Notes under the pieces: model-generated
Seen by the model: only the letters and a program-made list of their open reading frames with translations
The model's database searches: none
What the model was told of the DNA's origin: nothing
Assembly (NCBI GenBank): GCA_018812625.1
Contig: JAHJDH010000025.1
Span: forward strand, 13,726 to 77,725
Length of the DNA: 64,000 nt
Direction of reading: 5' to 3'
DNA from: Candidatus Micrarchaeota archaeon
GTDB taxonomy: Archaea; Micrarchaeota; Micrarchaeia; Anstonellales; Bilamarchaeaceae
Translations under genes and position numbers: made by a program
Shown: positions 18,447 to 28,550 of the stretch, one piece after another
Layout of the letters: every line of letters begins with the position of its first letter
How positions within the stretch are numbered: position 1 is the stretch's first letter

Positions 18447-21400
18447 ATGGCTGGAAAACCAAGAGGTCCGAAACAACTGTCTCATGCTGAAAAAGACCTA
18501 ATTCCAACTTCTCTGGCAAAGGCTAAAAAATTCGGCTCGCGCGATACTCAAAGCGAATCCTATTGCATTCTTCCAGCTCATCTTTGTCAAGATATTCTAT
18601 CTACAGTATATGATGCTATTGTTGTAACCAATTCTAAAGGCAGAATTGTTTCATGGAATCCTGCTGCAACAAGGGTTTTTGGTTATGATCCTGACGAAGT
18701 TGTTGGGGAGCCAATATCCATCATAATGCCTCCTGACTCCAAAGAGGCATTTAGATTAAGATCACAAGAAAACGGATTTGCTCCTCCCCATTCTTTTGAT
18801 AAACCTGTGGAGCTCTCCGGTCTTGCCAAAAACGGAAGTATTGTTCCAATAGAACTTACCATTGTTCCCTGGAATCGGGGAGATGAAGTATATTTTGTCA
18901 GTACTATCCGGGATATTAGTGAAAGAAAAGGAGCAGAGCTCTTATTACTGGAGAGTGAGCAACTTCAATCTGCCTTATATGGTGTCATGCGTGAGGGCGT
19001 ATGCATTCATGAACTAATTTTTGATGATGATGGAGTTCCTATAGATTATCAGATACTTGATGCTAATCCGGCATATTCCAAACTAACCGAAATTCCTTCT
19101 AGTGTTGCAGTAGGTTCTCTTGCTTCTGAGCTCTATGGGCCTGGTCCCCCATTCCTTGATATTTATGCTGAAGTTGCAACTACTGGAGTTTCCCAGGATT
19201 TTGAAATCACATGGACGCCTCAAAACAAAACATTTCATGTTTCTGTTTTTTCACTTAGAGCAGATCAATTCGCAACGGTGTTTGCTGATATTACTGCAAG
19301 AAAACGTGCAGAAGAAGCTCTAACGAGTAGTGAAACAAGATACCGGACTCTTTTTGAAAGCACTCACGATGCCAGTATGACTCTGAGTCCTCCTACTTGG
19401 AAATTTACTAGCGGTAACCACGCAGCATTGAATTTATTTGGTGTTGAAGATGTCGAATCATTTACTTCAAATCCTCCCTGGGCATATTCTCCTAAATTTC
19501 AACCTGATGGTCAATCTTCCCGCGAGAAGGCAAGGGAAATGATACAAAAAGCCATGTCTGATGGTTCTGCATTCTTTGAGTGGACTCACAAAAAACCCAC
19601 TGGCCAAGAGTTTCCAGCCACAGTCTTACTCACACGCATGGAATTAGATGACAAGCTCATGCTTCAGGCTGTGGTAAGAGACATTACTGAACAGAAGCTG
19701 GCCGAAGAATCATTAGCCCGAAACGAAGAGAGGATGACAAAAATAGCTCAGGTCTTTTCAACTCTTGGAAGCAACACTGGAGAAAACATTCAGAAACTAA
19801 CTGCACTTTGCGGCGAACTCCTTGATGCTGATTGTGCGCTCTATAATTGTCTTGAGGGGGATGTGCTTTGTTCTTTGGGAACCTGGAATGTTCCTGATGA
19901 TTATGAAGTAGTCTCTCAGGCAGAAGGCCATATCTGCTCTGATCTTATTTCCTATCCTCCAGACGGTGGCCAGCATGTTGTTTCTAATCTTCTATCTTCG
20001 TCATATGCGGAAACTGATTCCAATGTAAGAAAGTATGGTCTGAAAACTTATCTTGGAAATTTGATCAGGTGTCAAGGCGAGCCCATCGGGACATTATGTG
20101 TTGTTTATACTTCTGATTATAAACCATCCAAAGCAGATCGAAAAATTCTCAGTATTATTGCTACTACCATCTCAGGCGAAGAGGAGCGCAGAATGGCCGA
20201 ATTGGCTCTTCGTGAGAGTGAAGAGCGATTCAGAGATCTTACTGAAGCTTTGCCTCAAACTGTTTATGAAACTGATCTGGAAGGACGCATCTCTTATGCT
20301 AACCCTCAGGCTTTCGAGACCTTTGGCTATCCCCCATCAATTATTGAAAGTGGCATAACTCTTGCCAATCTCATTTCTCAAAAAGACTGGCCTCGCCTTT
20401 CTGATTCCATATCTGCTCTTCGCTCTGGGGGGCACACTTCTGGAAAGGAATATCTGGCTGTTAGATCAGATGGCACAACATTTCCCATTGTAGTTTATAC
20501 TCGTACTAAAAAAAGAGATAATCGTATCATTGGTTTTAGGGGAATTGCAGTAGATATTACTGAGCGCAGAAAATTAGAAGTTGAGATGCAAAGAAATGCC
20601 AAAATGAAAGCAGTGGGTCGTTTAGCCGGCGGAATCGCGCATGATTTTAACAACCTGCTCATGGTCATGGTTGGAAATGCTTCTTTGGCCGGAGTGCTAA
20701 CCGAACCGAGTGATGATGAAGAGCGGGCAAAAGTTCTAAGCGAAATCGAGAGGGTCGGGAAAGAGGCAAAGGCACTAACTGATCAGCTTCTTACCTTTGC
20801 CAAAGGGGGAAGCCCTGTCAAAGAAACAGCATCTATGGTTGAACTTCTCGAAGAAACCTCGCAACTTATGCTCAGGGGATCCAATGTTATTGCAAAACAT
20901 AATCACCCAAGCGATCTTTGGCCTGTTGATATTGACCGGAGCCAAATTGGCCAGGTTGTTCAAAATCTTGTTGTGAACGCAGATCAATCCATGCCAGAAG
21001 GCGGCACAATACTTCTTTCTTCTCGCAATATATCCAATCCCCCAAACTTGCCTCTAGGTGATTATATAGAGCTATCATTTACTGATACTGGAATCGGAAT
21101 CCGTTCAAATGAACTGGAAGAAATCTTCGAACCGTTTTACACAACTAAAGATAAGGGACATGGTCTTGGTCTTGCAACTACCTACAGAATAGTCAAAAAT
21201 CATGGCGGAGATATTCATGTAAAATCAAAATTGGGCAAAGGATCAACATTCACGGTCTACCTTCCTGCGAAACCCGGAGCAGTACCTATTCCAAGCTACA
21301 CCCCACCTTCTAATTTAACTACTGGCAATGCCAGGATATTGCTGATGGATGACGAGCCTTCTGTTCGAAATTCCGCATCGCGAATGCTCCAAAGACTTGG

Positions 21401-21710
21401 ATATTCGTGTACGTCTGCTATTGATGGTGCTGATGCTATAGAGCAGTATCGCAGTGCTCTTTCTGACAATGCTTTTGATCTGGTTATTCTGGATCTAACT
21501 GTGCCTGGTGGAATGGGTGGCGTCGAGGCTCTAAAAAGACTTCAGGAAATAGATCCTAATGTTCTGGCTATTGCTTCTAGCGGGTATACAAATGATGATA
21601 CGATGGCTCATCCAAAGACCAGTGGGTTTGCCGGTGTGCTTCCCAAACCCTATAGTCTTCAGAGAATCTCAGATATAGTTGCACAAACCCTCAGAAAACA
21701 AACTTCTTAA
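18447..21710 (+). CDS. hybrid sensor histidine kinase (PAS x4, GAF, HisKA, HATPase, receiver)
   Basis: Repeated PAS/PAC (DITER), GGIAHDFNNLL H-box, N/G1/F/G2 boxes (DTGIG, FEPFYTTK, GHGLGL), C-terminal REC (MDDE, LVILD, SSG, KPY); no TM helix. Confidence 0.95.
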   Translation: MAGKPRGPKQLSHAEKDLIPTSLAKAKKFGSRDTQSESYCILPAHLCQDILSTVYDAIVVTNSKGRIVSWNPAATRVFGYDPDEVVGEPISIIMPPDSKEAFRLRSQENGFAPPHSFDKPVELSGLAKNGSIVPIELTIVPWNRGDEVYFVSTIRDISERKGAELLLLESEQLQSALYGVMREGVCIHELIFDDDGVPIDYQILDANPAYSKLTEIPSSVAVGSLASELYGPGPPFLDIYAEVATTGVSQDFEITWTPQNKTFHVSVFSLRADQFATVFADITARKRAEEALTSSETRYRTLFESTHDASMTLSPPTWKFTSGNHAALNLFGVEDVESFTSNPPWAYSPKFQPDGQSSREKAREMIQKAMSDGSAFFEWTHKKPTGQEFPATVLLTRMELDDKLMLQAVVRDITEQKLAEESLARNEERMTKIAQVFSTLGSNTGENIQKLTALCGELLDADCALYNCLEGDVLCSLGTWNVPDDYEVVSQAEGHICSDLISYPPDGGQHVVSNLLSSSYAETDSNVRKYGLKTYLGNLIRCQGEPIGTLCVVYTSDYKPSKADRKILSIIATTISGEEERRMAELALRESEERFRDLTEALPQTVYETDLEGRISYANPQAFETFGYPPSIIESGITLANLISQKDWPRLSDSISALRSGGHTSGKEYLAVRSDGTTFPIVVYTRTKKRDNRIIGFRGIAVDITERRKLEVEMQRNAKMKAVGRLAGGIAHDFNNLLMVMVGNASLAGVLTEPSDDEERAKVLSEIERVGKEAKALTDQLLTFAKGGSPVKETASMVELLEETSQLMLRGSNVIAKHNHPSDLWPVDIDRSQIGQVVQNLVVNADQSMPEGGTILLSSRNISNPPNLPLGDYIELSFTDTGIGIRSNELEEIFEPFYTTKDKGHGLGLATTYRIVKNHGGDIHVKSKLGKGSTFTVYLPAKPGAVPIPSYTPPSNLTTGNARILLMDDEPSVRNSASRMLQRLGYSCTSAIDGADAIEQYRSALSDNAFDLVILDLTVPGGMGGVEALKRLQEIDPNVLAIASSGYTNDDTMAHPKTSGFAGVLPKPYSLQRISDIVAQTLRKQTS

Positions 21711-21735
21711 TTAGTTTACAATAAATTATTTATCG

Positions 21736-21906
21736 ATGGAAAAATTATATCTACCAATCTCTTTCATTTCTTTTGGAATCGTGATTCTACTTATTGCAAT
21801 TACTGGAATGATGGGCCCATTCAGTGTCTATCTCCTTGTATTTGGCACTATCTTTGTTATCGCCGGATTTCATTTTTGGAAAAAGAACCTAAGCCCTTCC
21901 TCCTAA
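21736..21906 (+). CDS. small two-TM membrane protein (56 aa, below the ORF-track cutoff)
   Basis: MEKLYLPISFISFGIVILLIAITGMMGPFSVYLLVFGTIFVIAGFHFWKKNLSPSS; fills the gap after the kinase. Confidence 0.55.
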   Translation: MEKLYLPISFISFGIVILLIAITGMMGPFSVYLLVFGTIFVIAGFHFWKKNLSPSS

Positions 21907-23388
21907 TCTCAGTGCAGCTAATAATGCAAAAATTGAGAATATTAAAATTGCTGACATGCAGCTTCCGCTTCCAGATGGTACGTTTCCGTATGTTTCTGGA
22001 ACAGTGACCTCTCCTCCTTCTGCGAAACTTTGCATCTCAGCAGCAGTTGCAGTGCCCACACTGTCTGCTCCTGGAGATACTCCAGGATAAATATACAAAT
22101 GTTGTCCTCCGTTCACTTGTGCTGCATTTTCCGGAGCTTCAATAAGTCCCGAGAGAACTGTTCCTTTCATTACAATTAATGTTTCTGGCATGCTCTCATC
22201 CTCCGGAACAATAACCTTGAACTCTGTTCCTTTTACTACATGATATCCAAGCCTCCCCAAAACTCTAAAGTCATGTTTTACTTCAACTTCTATTGCTCCC
22301 TTTTTGAGCTTGATTTCATTTTTGAAATACTGAATCCTAAATGGCCCTTTCAAAACAACTGCCGTATCATCACTATACATTATTGTAACTGTTTCTCCGC
22401 TATGAACTTCAAATTCATCTCCTTCCATTGTTTCATATGCATTGTATCCCTCATCCCAATCACTTCCAATAATCTGGCCATTTCTCCAAAGAGTTGCTCC
22501 TCCTTTTTTAATTAGTAAATTTGTTAGGTTTGGTGATGGGTAAACTGTTACTGTTTTTGTTCCAAGTCTTCTTCCTTCAGAATCGTATGCAGTTGCAGTA
22601 ATGATTGTAGATTTGCCTTCAGTTATTTTTACTCCTTCTAAACTAAATTTATTTGAATTTGAATCAAAACCCGCTTGCATTGGCGTTGCAAGTGTGGTAC
22701 TTATTGTTACTCTACTAACCTGGTGTGAAGAGCTGGAAGCAACACTTCCCTCAACATCAACAAGTACGTATCCTTGTTTTCCAGTATCAAACCTTGCTCC
22801 ATTTGTTGGAGAATCTATTGTAACACTTAATGGATCTGCATCCTCGCAGTTTGTTCCTGCAGAATTACATTTCCATACGCATTGGCCTTTTGTGTAGCCG
22901 CATACATATCCATCTGAACTGCTATTGTCCTCTATACATCTTCCATCGTAGTAAAGCGATGGTAGATTATTTTCGTATTGGCATGCAGAAGGACAAGAAA
23001 CATCAGCACAAACTCCTTCTGGTATCTCTTCTTCATAATCATTTTTCGGCCCATCTGAAAATGGCGAAGGGCTTCCTTCCCAATGGCTTCCGCATTCATT
23101 CATGCACGTGCCCATACATCTGGCAATACTTTCCTTGTTATATCCGCTTCCTGATTCTCCTGCATACTGCATACAGGCAACATCATCTGATCCTTTTACG
23201 GATCCTAAAAACAGAAGCATGCACCCTGGCATTTTGTCGCATTCATTGACCTTGCCCGGCAGGAGTTCCATTATTGCGCCTCCATGCTTGTAGCAGCATG
23301 TGTTCATGCAAGAATCAAGGCATTGTGAAAATGCAGGAGTTACTAGTGCCAGTATTATCAGTATTATGATGAAAATGCGCATGGGCAT
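21889..23388 (-). CDS. secreted Cys-rich surface protein with Ig-like and FecR-like domains and a C-terminal membrane anchor
   Basis: Signal peptide; CxxxC-rich N-terminus; VTIDSPTNG...ITATAYD Ig-like domain; VKGTEFKV...V.KG.V FecR-like; GSC+TM+R tail. Confidence 0.75.
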   Translation of the reverse strand: MPMRIFIIILIILALVTPAFSQCLDSCMNTCCYKHGGAIMELLPGKVNECDKMPGCMLLFLGSVKGSDDVACMQYAGESGSGYNKESIARCMGTCMNECGSHWEGSPSPFSDGPKNDYEEEIPEGVCADVSCPSACQYENNLPSLYYDGRCIEDNSSSDGYVCGYTKGQCVWKCNSAGTNCEDADPLSVTIDSPTNGARFDTGKQGYVLVDVEGSVASSSSHQVSRVTISTTLATPMQAGFDSNSNKFSLEGVKITEGKSTIITATAYDSEGRRLGTKTVTVYPSPNLTNLLIKKGGATLWRNGQIIGSDWDEGYNAYETMEGDEFEVHSGETVTIMYSDDTAVVLKGPFRIQYFKNEIKLKKGAIEVEVKHDFRVLGRLGYHVVKGTEFKVIVPEDESMPETLIVMKGTVLSGLIEAPENAAQVNGGQHLYIYPGVSPGADSVGTATAAEMQSFAEGGEVTVPETYGNVPSGSGSCMSAILIFSIFALLAALRLGGRA

Positions 23389-23523
23389 AATATAATCATG
23401 AATCTTATAGCCTTTTCGCAAGATCTTTTACTTTCTTGCATGGTATTGCTGCGAATCTAATCCATGCCATACAATTAGAATTGGAGAAAAAAAGTTATGA
23501 AAATTTTGGTAGAGCAGTATCAA

Positions 23524-23766
23524 TTATTTTTTTCCTTTTTTTAATGCTAGAACTAAGTGCAGGATAACCAGCAAGATGAATGGAATCGTTAGTGCCTCAT
23601 GCATCACAAAAGCAGTACTTTTTGATATGAGGCCAAATGTGATGCTATCAATAATCTGGAATTTCGTGATTCCATATCCCGAGATTATCATGAGTAATGT
23701 GACTGCAGCAAGAAGCCATTGGACTATAGTTTTGATTTTCGTTCTATCAATCGATGAAGCTTTCAT
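23524..23766 (-). CDS. small two-TM protein with His ligands (possible heme-b partner of the MsrP-like oxidoreductase)
   Basis: ISGYGIT, MHE...LHL; overlaps the oxidoreductase 3' end. Confidence 0.65.
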   Translation of the reverse strand: MKASSIDRTKIKTIVQWLLAAVTLLMIISGYGITKFQIIDSITFGLISKSTAFVMHEALTIPFILLVILHLVLALKKGKK

Positions 23767-24421
23767 TCAAATTTCCCTCGTCTGAATATCCTCTTCTCTC
23801 CCAATATCCCTGGTAGTTCTCATTATCTGAAAACTCGATCTCAGTAATCCATTTGATCCACTTGTATCCCCATTTGCTCTCAGCTACAAGTTGGAATGGA
23901 TACCCTCTCTCAGGCGGGATAGTCACATTGTTCATACTGTGGGCCATAATGATATCATTATCATAGAAGTATTCAATTGGAAACGAGGTTGTATATCCGT
24001 CTTGGGCATGGAATATGATTGTGTTCGCATTTTCCTTTGGGCTTGCCTTGGATATGATGTCTCGGACAAGAATTCCCTCCCAGAGAATATTTACGCTCCA
24101 GCCTTCTACACAGTCGAGTCTTACTACCTTTTCGTAGCTTTGAAATCCATCAACAATCTCAGTGTAGGTATATTCTGTTGGATTCTCTACAAGGCCACTC
24201 ACTTTCAACTTGTAACTACTTTCATTGATGTACTGTGGGCCCTTTATCGAGTTCTCTCTAAAATTATTAATCGAAGAAAGATCTTCTCCTTCATATTCTT
24301 TTACTTGCACTCCTTCAAGTCTCTCTGGTGAAATGCTCTCTTGAACGCATCCATATACAAGAATAAGAATCCCTACAAAAAGAAGGATTTTTGTGAATCC
24401 AAGACTACTGTTTCTATCCAT
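23747..24421 (-). CDS. molybdopterin-dependent oxidoreductase, sulfite oxidase/MsrP-like
   Basis: LKVSGLVENP, CVEGW Mo-ligand Cys, W.G, GYPFQLV...GYKWIKW, GYWE; lipobox LVYGC. Confidence 0.88.
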   Translation of the reverse strand: MDRNSSLGFTKILLFVGILILVYGCVQESISPERLEGVQVKEYEGEDLSSINNFRENSIKGPQYINESSYKLKVSGLVENPTEYTYTEIVDGFQSYEKVVRLDCVEGWSVNILWEGILVRDIISKASPKENANTIIFHAQDGYTTSFPIEYFYDNDIIMAHSMNNVTIPPERGYPFQLVAESKWGYKWIKWITEIEFSDNENYQGYWERRGYSDEGNLNESFID

Positions 24422-24486
24422 GTTTTCTATATCTTCCTTTGTTTTATTAATTAATTCTATTCCTGTAAAAAAATTAAAAAGAAAAG

Positions 24487-25122
24487 TTATTGATCTGGTC
24501 CTGGAACACAGTAGCTGTCAACACAAACATTTCCTTCACTACAACCCATATCTGTAGTACACTCAACGCAGATATGATATTCTGCAGATATATCGCCATC
24601 ACTGTGACCCGTCATTATGCAGTCTCGCTGTCCTGCTTCACAAGTCGGGCAGTCTATTTCACAGTGCATCATGTTGATAGTGCACTCTGGAAATTCCTCA
24701 TACAATTCTGTTTCTGAATAGCAGTTGCCATTGAAACAATGATTTCCTTCTGGACAGGAACTTGAAAATACACATTCTTGAGTAACACAGAATCCATATT
24801 CGCACTCTTCATCCTTTGACCATGCGCAATCATAATCATCTTCGCATTCTGCTCCCCATTTTACTTCCCCAGAAACAGGCGCAGTTTCTCCAGTTCCAGA
24901 ATCTTCTTCATCTTCTTCGCCTGGAGTTTCTTCTTCAACTGGAACATCCTCAACAGGAGTACTATCCTCGTCTACTTCCTGAGTGTCATCCTCTGCGTTT
25001 TGAGTATCCTCATCAGTTTCAACAACTACATCTCCATCTACAGTTGTTTCTGAGCTGGTTACACATCCTAGCAGCATGCTTGAGCAAAATACAAAAATCA
25101 ATAAACCATATATCGTTCTCAT
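24487..25122 (-). CDS. lipoprotein with acidic linker and Cys-rich repeats
   Basis: Lipobox LLGC; D/E/T-rich stalk; repeated EC..D..C....C..G.C modules. Confidence 0.75.
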   Translation of the reverse strand: MRTIYGLLIFVFCSSMLLGCVTSSETTVDGDVVVETDEDTQNAEDDTQEVDEDSTPVEDVPVEEETPGEEDEEDSGTGETAPVSGEVKWGAECEDDYDCAWSKDEECEYGFCVTQECVFSSSCPEGNHCFNGNCYSETELYEEFPECTINMMHCEIDCPTCEAGQRDCIMTGHSDGDISAEYHICVECTTDMGCSEGNVCVDSYCVPGPDQ

Positions 25123-25308
25123 TGTTTCACCTCGCTATCTAAAAATTTACGAATGAAAACAAGTAAAAACATGCCTAATACAAGAAACCTGATTATTCTT
25201 TGGTTGGGCTTCCTTTCTTCAGAATTATCGTGCTTGGATCTGTCCAGCTGCAATATGCTTCTTCTCTTCCCTAAAGCACAGAAACCAGTTAAGTTTGGCA
25301 CAGGACCA

Positions 25309-25905
25309 TCACTGATCACAGTTTTTCTTGCATTCGTCTTCTTTATCATAGCAGACCAAGAAGCAGCTATCTTTCTTCTTTTTTGCCGCATCATCGCACC
25401 AATAATGATCATCAGAGCCCGGGGTATGCGCTGTGAGGCAATCTGCCTCCTCGCTTTTCATGATATTGTAGCATGATTCCTTGCATGATGATTCGGTTGC
25501 TGCACAGCCTTCCCTGCATTTTTTTACTGTACCGTTGGCTCTCCAGTCAGAGAGTATCTCGTCGATAGCCCTACCAGTCTGGTCTCCGGTAACTTTAAGG
25601 ATGCAACTGTATTTTGCAGCTTCATCTGAACTAAGGTCACAGTATTTTAAGCTCCTTTTATCCGATGCATATTCTCCTACGCAATTGTTCCTGTCAGCAG
25701 CCTGGAGGCATACATTCGGGTTTTCCATCTTGCTGGCAACTTCGGCAAAACATCTGTTGATATCATTCTTTTCCTCAAGGCCATTACACAATGCAGGATT
25801 GTTGCTGTCTATTGCCTGGTCAATTTTTTCATTGACTGGATTGGTGCAGCCATATAGTAGCAAAAACACAAGAAATATTGGTATAATGAGAATCCTGGAG
25901 TTCAT
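25309..25905 (-). CDS. Cys-rich lipoprotein
   Basis: Lipobox LYGC; short helical repeats with paired Cys; C-terminal CxxxC array. Confidence 0.75.
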   Translation of the reverse strand: MNSRILIIPIFLVFLLLYGCTNPVNEKIDQAIDSNNPALCNGLEEKNDINRCFAEVASKMENPNVCLQAADRNNCVGEYASDKRSLKYCDLSSDEAAKYSCILKVTGDQTGRAIDEILSDWRANGTVKKCREGCAATESSCKESCYNIMKSEEADCLTAHTPGSDDHYWCDDAAKKKKDSCFLVCYDKEDECKKNCDQ

Positions 25906-26021
25906 AGTCCAGAATCAGCAATCATGATTTAATTTCTTTCTGTCTCTTCAGCCCAGAAAACTATGACAGATCGCACGTAGGCAAGATTTTGCGCTCATTT
26001 TGGAAGCTTGGCAATTATGGT

Positions 26022-26717
26022 TCACCATATAAAAGGAATCAGACGGTATCTTGTTTTTCTGCAGTATTCCACATATCCAGGCAGGTCGCGCCTGAGCACT
26101 TCCTCCTCATTCAAAATGCGCAATACTATAACTGGGATAAGCAGAATAAATGCGGGCACAGCTACATAAGAGCCAAGTGCAATTGGGGTTGCCATATACA
26201 TGACCAGTGTCCCGACATACATCGGATGCCTGACAACAGAATATGGTCCGGTTGATATGACTCTCTGGCCTTTGTCGACCTGGACTGTGCGCCCAGCGTA
26301 ACCGTTTTCCCTGAACACCAAAAAGATTAGCAAGTACCCTAGGAAGACAAAAACATCTGCGACGATGGAAATTTCATGTGGCACAAGAGACCATCCAAAA
26401 CGGTAATCAAATCCTGGGATGAGGAAGGCAATTATGAACATCAACGCTGATACTTTGATGATGAGCCCCTGCCTGGCCTCACTTTCCTTTGTTCTCATTC
26501 TCCGCTCCAAGAATGCCGGGTCCTTTTTCAGGAAATAGAGAACTACAAAAGAGGCAGGCACAACCAATATCGCGATATATACCCAGGCCTGCCAGTAGTC
26601 GAGGGTGCCAGCCGGTCCAAATAGAAAAATCCCCAGGATAACCGGTGTTGCTAATAAAGCAAGAAAGATTTTCTTCTTCAATGCAGTCGCATCCATGAAG
26701 TCAATTTCCTTTAACAA
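26022..26717 (-). CDS. isoprenylcysteine carboxyl methyltransferase (ICMT/PEMT) family membrane protein
   Basis: ISTGPYSVVRHPMYVG, EE..L...GY.EY....RLIP. Confidence 0.9.
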   Translation of the reverse strand: MLKEIDFMDATALKKKIFLALLATPVILGIFLFGPAGTLDYWQAWVYIAILVVPASFVVLYFLKKDPAFLERRMRTKESEARQGLIIKVSALMFIIAFLIPGFDYRFGWSLVPHEISIVADVFVFLGYLLIFLVFRENGYAGRTVQVDKGQRVISTGPYSVVRHPMYVGTLVMYMATPIALGSYVAVPAFILLIPVIVLRILNEEEVLRRDLPGYVEYCRKTRYRLIPFIW

Positions 26718-26735
26718 TATAAAAATCTGCTGTGC

Positions 26736-26983
26736 ATGGAAGAGCCAGAACTAACTCCTAATATTCCAAAGCGAACATGTATTTTGTGTCAGACCGCACG
26801 TCAACCTTCACCGTTTTTGCCGTGGCCGGGTTTCCCCTGGTCTGATTAATACTGACATACTAATCAAACACTAGCTTAGGGCTAGACTCAGTGATCACCT
26901 TGATCATCATCCACAGACTAATTATGATCTTTTGTCTTTTAATTCTGCTCATTCTGCTGGCATTCTCACTTCTCGGGAAATGA
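26736..26983 (+). pseudogene. possible decayed small membrane-protein gene
   Basis: ATG 26736 MEEPELTPNIPKRTCILC, then a hydrophobic continuation (…IMIFCLLILLILLAFSLLGK) in another frame interrupted by stops. Confidence 0.3.
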
Positions 26984-26993
26984 TCAATGAAGA

Positions 26994-28496
26994 CTAGATA
27001 CAATCCTGGATTTCCATCTCGAGTCCTTTGAACTTGTGCAGCCACTTTTGCCTCTCATCTTTGAGCTCCTGCGTTAGTTTTTGATAATCTTCAGAAGAAT
27101 AGTGGCCATTTGGCTCTAGTCTCGAAATATCAATTCCAGGGCAGCTTTCCATAACTTCGTAGCCCCAATCTGGATCTTTTTTCCATTTGATGCTCTCTCT
27201 TGCTATTTCTCTGATTATGGATGCCGAATCCCTCACAGTTATCTTTTCTGTCTTTTTTGTTCCTCCCTCACCAATCTTTCCAGTATTCAGAAGAAAACAT
27301 TTGATGTGGGGGTTTCTCTTTAGTATCTCATAGAATCGATTTCCTTCTTCATGCAGTGGGCCTATGATAAACGGATTTGTTCCAACTACCCTCCTTGTTT
27401 TTCCAGGGTCCACATCTGAAGCAGAGCTTCCAATGGACTCGCCAAGCATAAAGAATGCTGCTCCTTGCTCTGCACTAAGCCTTGCAACAGGAGGAACAAT
27501 CGTATTCCTTCGTGTTATGAAAAGCACAATATCTGTTTTTGGAAGATCAATCTCAATATCCGTATGTCTCATTTCATTTCTTGGAACTACTGCCCTTCCA
27601 TTTGCAGTGTCTGTTGTATCAAAGAAGTCTATGGTTCCATCGGGAAGTACTGCCACGTTTTCAAACAATGCGCTTTTGCCTATTGCAGCTTCATACAAAA
27701 CCCCCTGATTCTCTGCTTCAAGTCCGTCTGTTTTGATGTAGAAGTTTTTTTCAGTGCCAATTGCAGACGAATCTTTATCAAGTAGAACAACATCATCCTG
27801 GCGTATTGCAACTCCTTCTCGCTTTAGAGCATCGAGCCAATGATGGTGGCAGGTTAATGTAGTTTTTCCAGTTGCACTAAGACCAAAGAGCAACACTCCT
27901 TTTTCTTGCAGCTCTCCATTATCAGCAATAACCCTGATTAATTTTGATCCAGCATGCAGTCCAAGTCCCCCCCGCTGCTTTGCAGCAAACATTGCAAGCC
28001 TTAGGTTTGCCTTTTTCAGCTCTCCCGTATAATCTGAACCCAAAATAAATGTAATTTTATCTTTGGGCTCACAAATAATTTTTGTTTCTGGCCATTCTGG
28101 GATTTGAACTGTGATAAAATCCGGATGATCAATCTTCACTTCTTTGAACAGCATCATTCCCCACATTCGTGCTATGTGTGCATACTCTGCAGATACATAC
28201 GCCCTGCAGAAAAATGGTTTTGTAAGGCACATCTGCCGGTCGAGCTGAATGAGCTTTTTGTTTGCAACATATTCCACTACTTTCTGAATTGTTCTCACTT
28301 GTTCTTCTGTTGCTTTGCCCTCTATTACCTGGGTATGCTTGGCACTTCTTCCCTTTAGTTTTGTCTTATAGCAAACACTGCCAAACTTAGTTTCTTTTCC
28401 CTCTCCTTTAGCCATTTCTCGAAGTTCATCTTCTGAAGGGTTAAATATGATTTCTGCATTTTCAATAAGTCTCTCAAGTTCCTTTTTGAAGCTCAT
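26994..28496 (-). CDS. pckA: phosphoenolpyruvate carboxykinase (ATP)
   Basis: YTGELKK, GLHAG, GLSATGKTTL P-loop, QDD, FENV, NGR, FLLNTG. Confidence 0.9.
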   Translation of the reverse strand: MSFKKELERLIENAEIIFNPSEDELREMAKGEGKETKFGSVCYKTKLKGRSAKHTQVIEGKATEEQVRTIQKVVEYVANKKLIQLDRQMCLTKPFFCRAYVSAEYAHIARMWGMMLFKEVKIDHPDFITVQIPEWPETKIICEPKDKITFILGSDYTGELKKANLRLAMFAAKQRGGLGLHAGSKLIRVIADNGELQEKGVLLFGLSATGKTTLTCHHHWLDALKREGVAIRQDDVVLLDKDSSAIGTEKNFYIKTDGLEAENQGVLYEAAIGKSALFENVAVLPDGTIDFFDTTDTANGRAVVPRNEMRHTDIEIDLPKTDIVLFITRRNTIVPPVARLSAEQGAAFFMLGESIGSSASDVDPGKTRRVVGTNPFIIGPLHEEGNRFYEILKRNPHIKCFLLNTGKIGEGGTKKTEKITVRDSASIIREIARESIKWKKDPDWGYEVMESCPGIDISRLEPNGHYSSEDYQKLTQELKDERQKWLHKFKGLEMEIQDCI

Positions 28497-28550
28497 GTCT
28501 TGTTTTAGTTCCCCTTGTTTTTAATTCTCTTCCATTCAAATTATCGTCTG

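Noticed and set aside
25119-25476. ORFs 25119..25412 (-) and 25153..25476 (+)
   Set aside because: They overlap the Cys-rich lipoprotein and have no recognisable motifs; probably shadow ORFs or at most a remnant.
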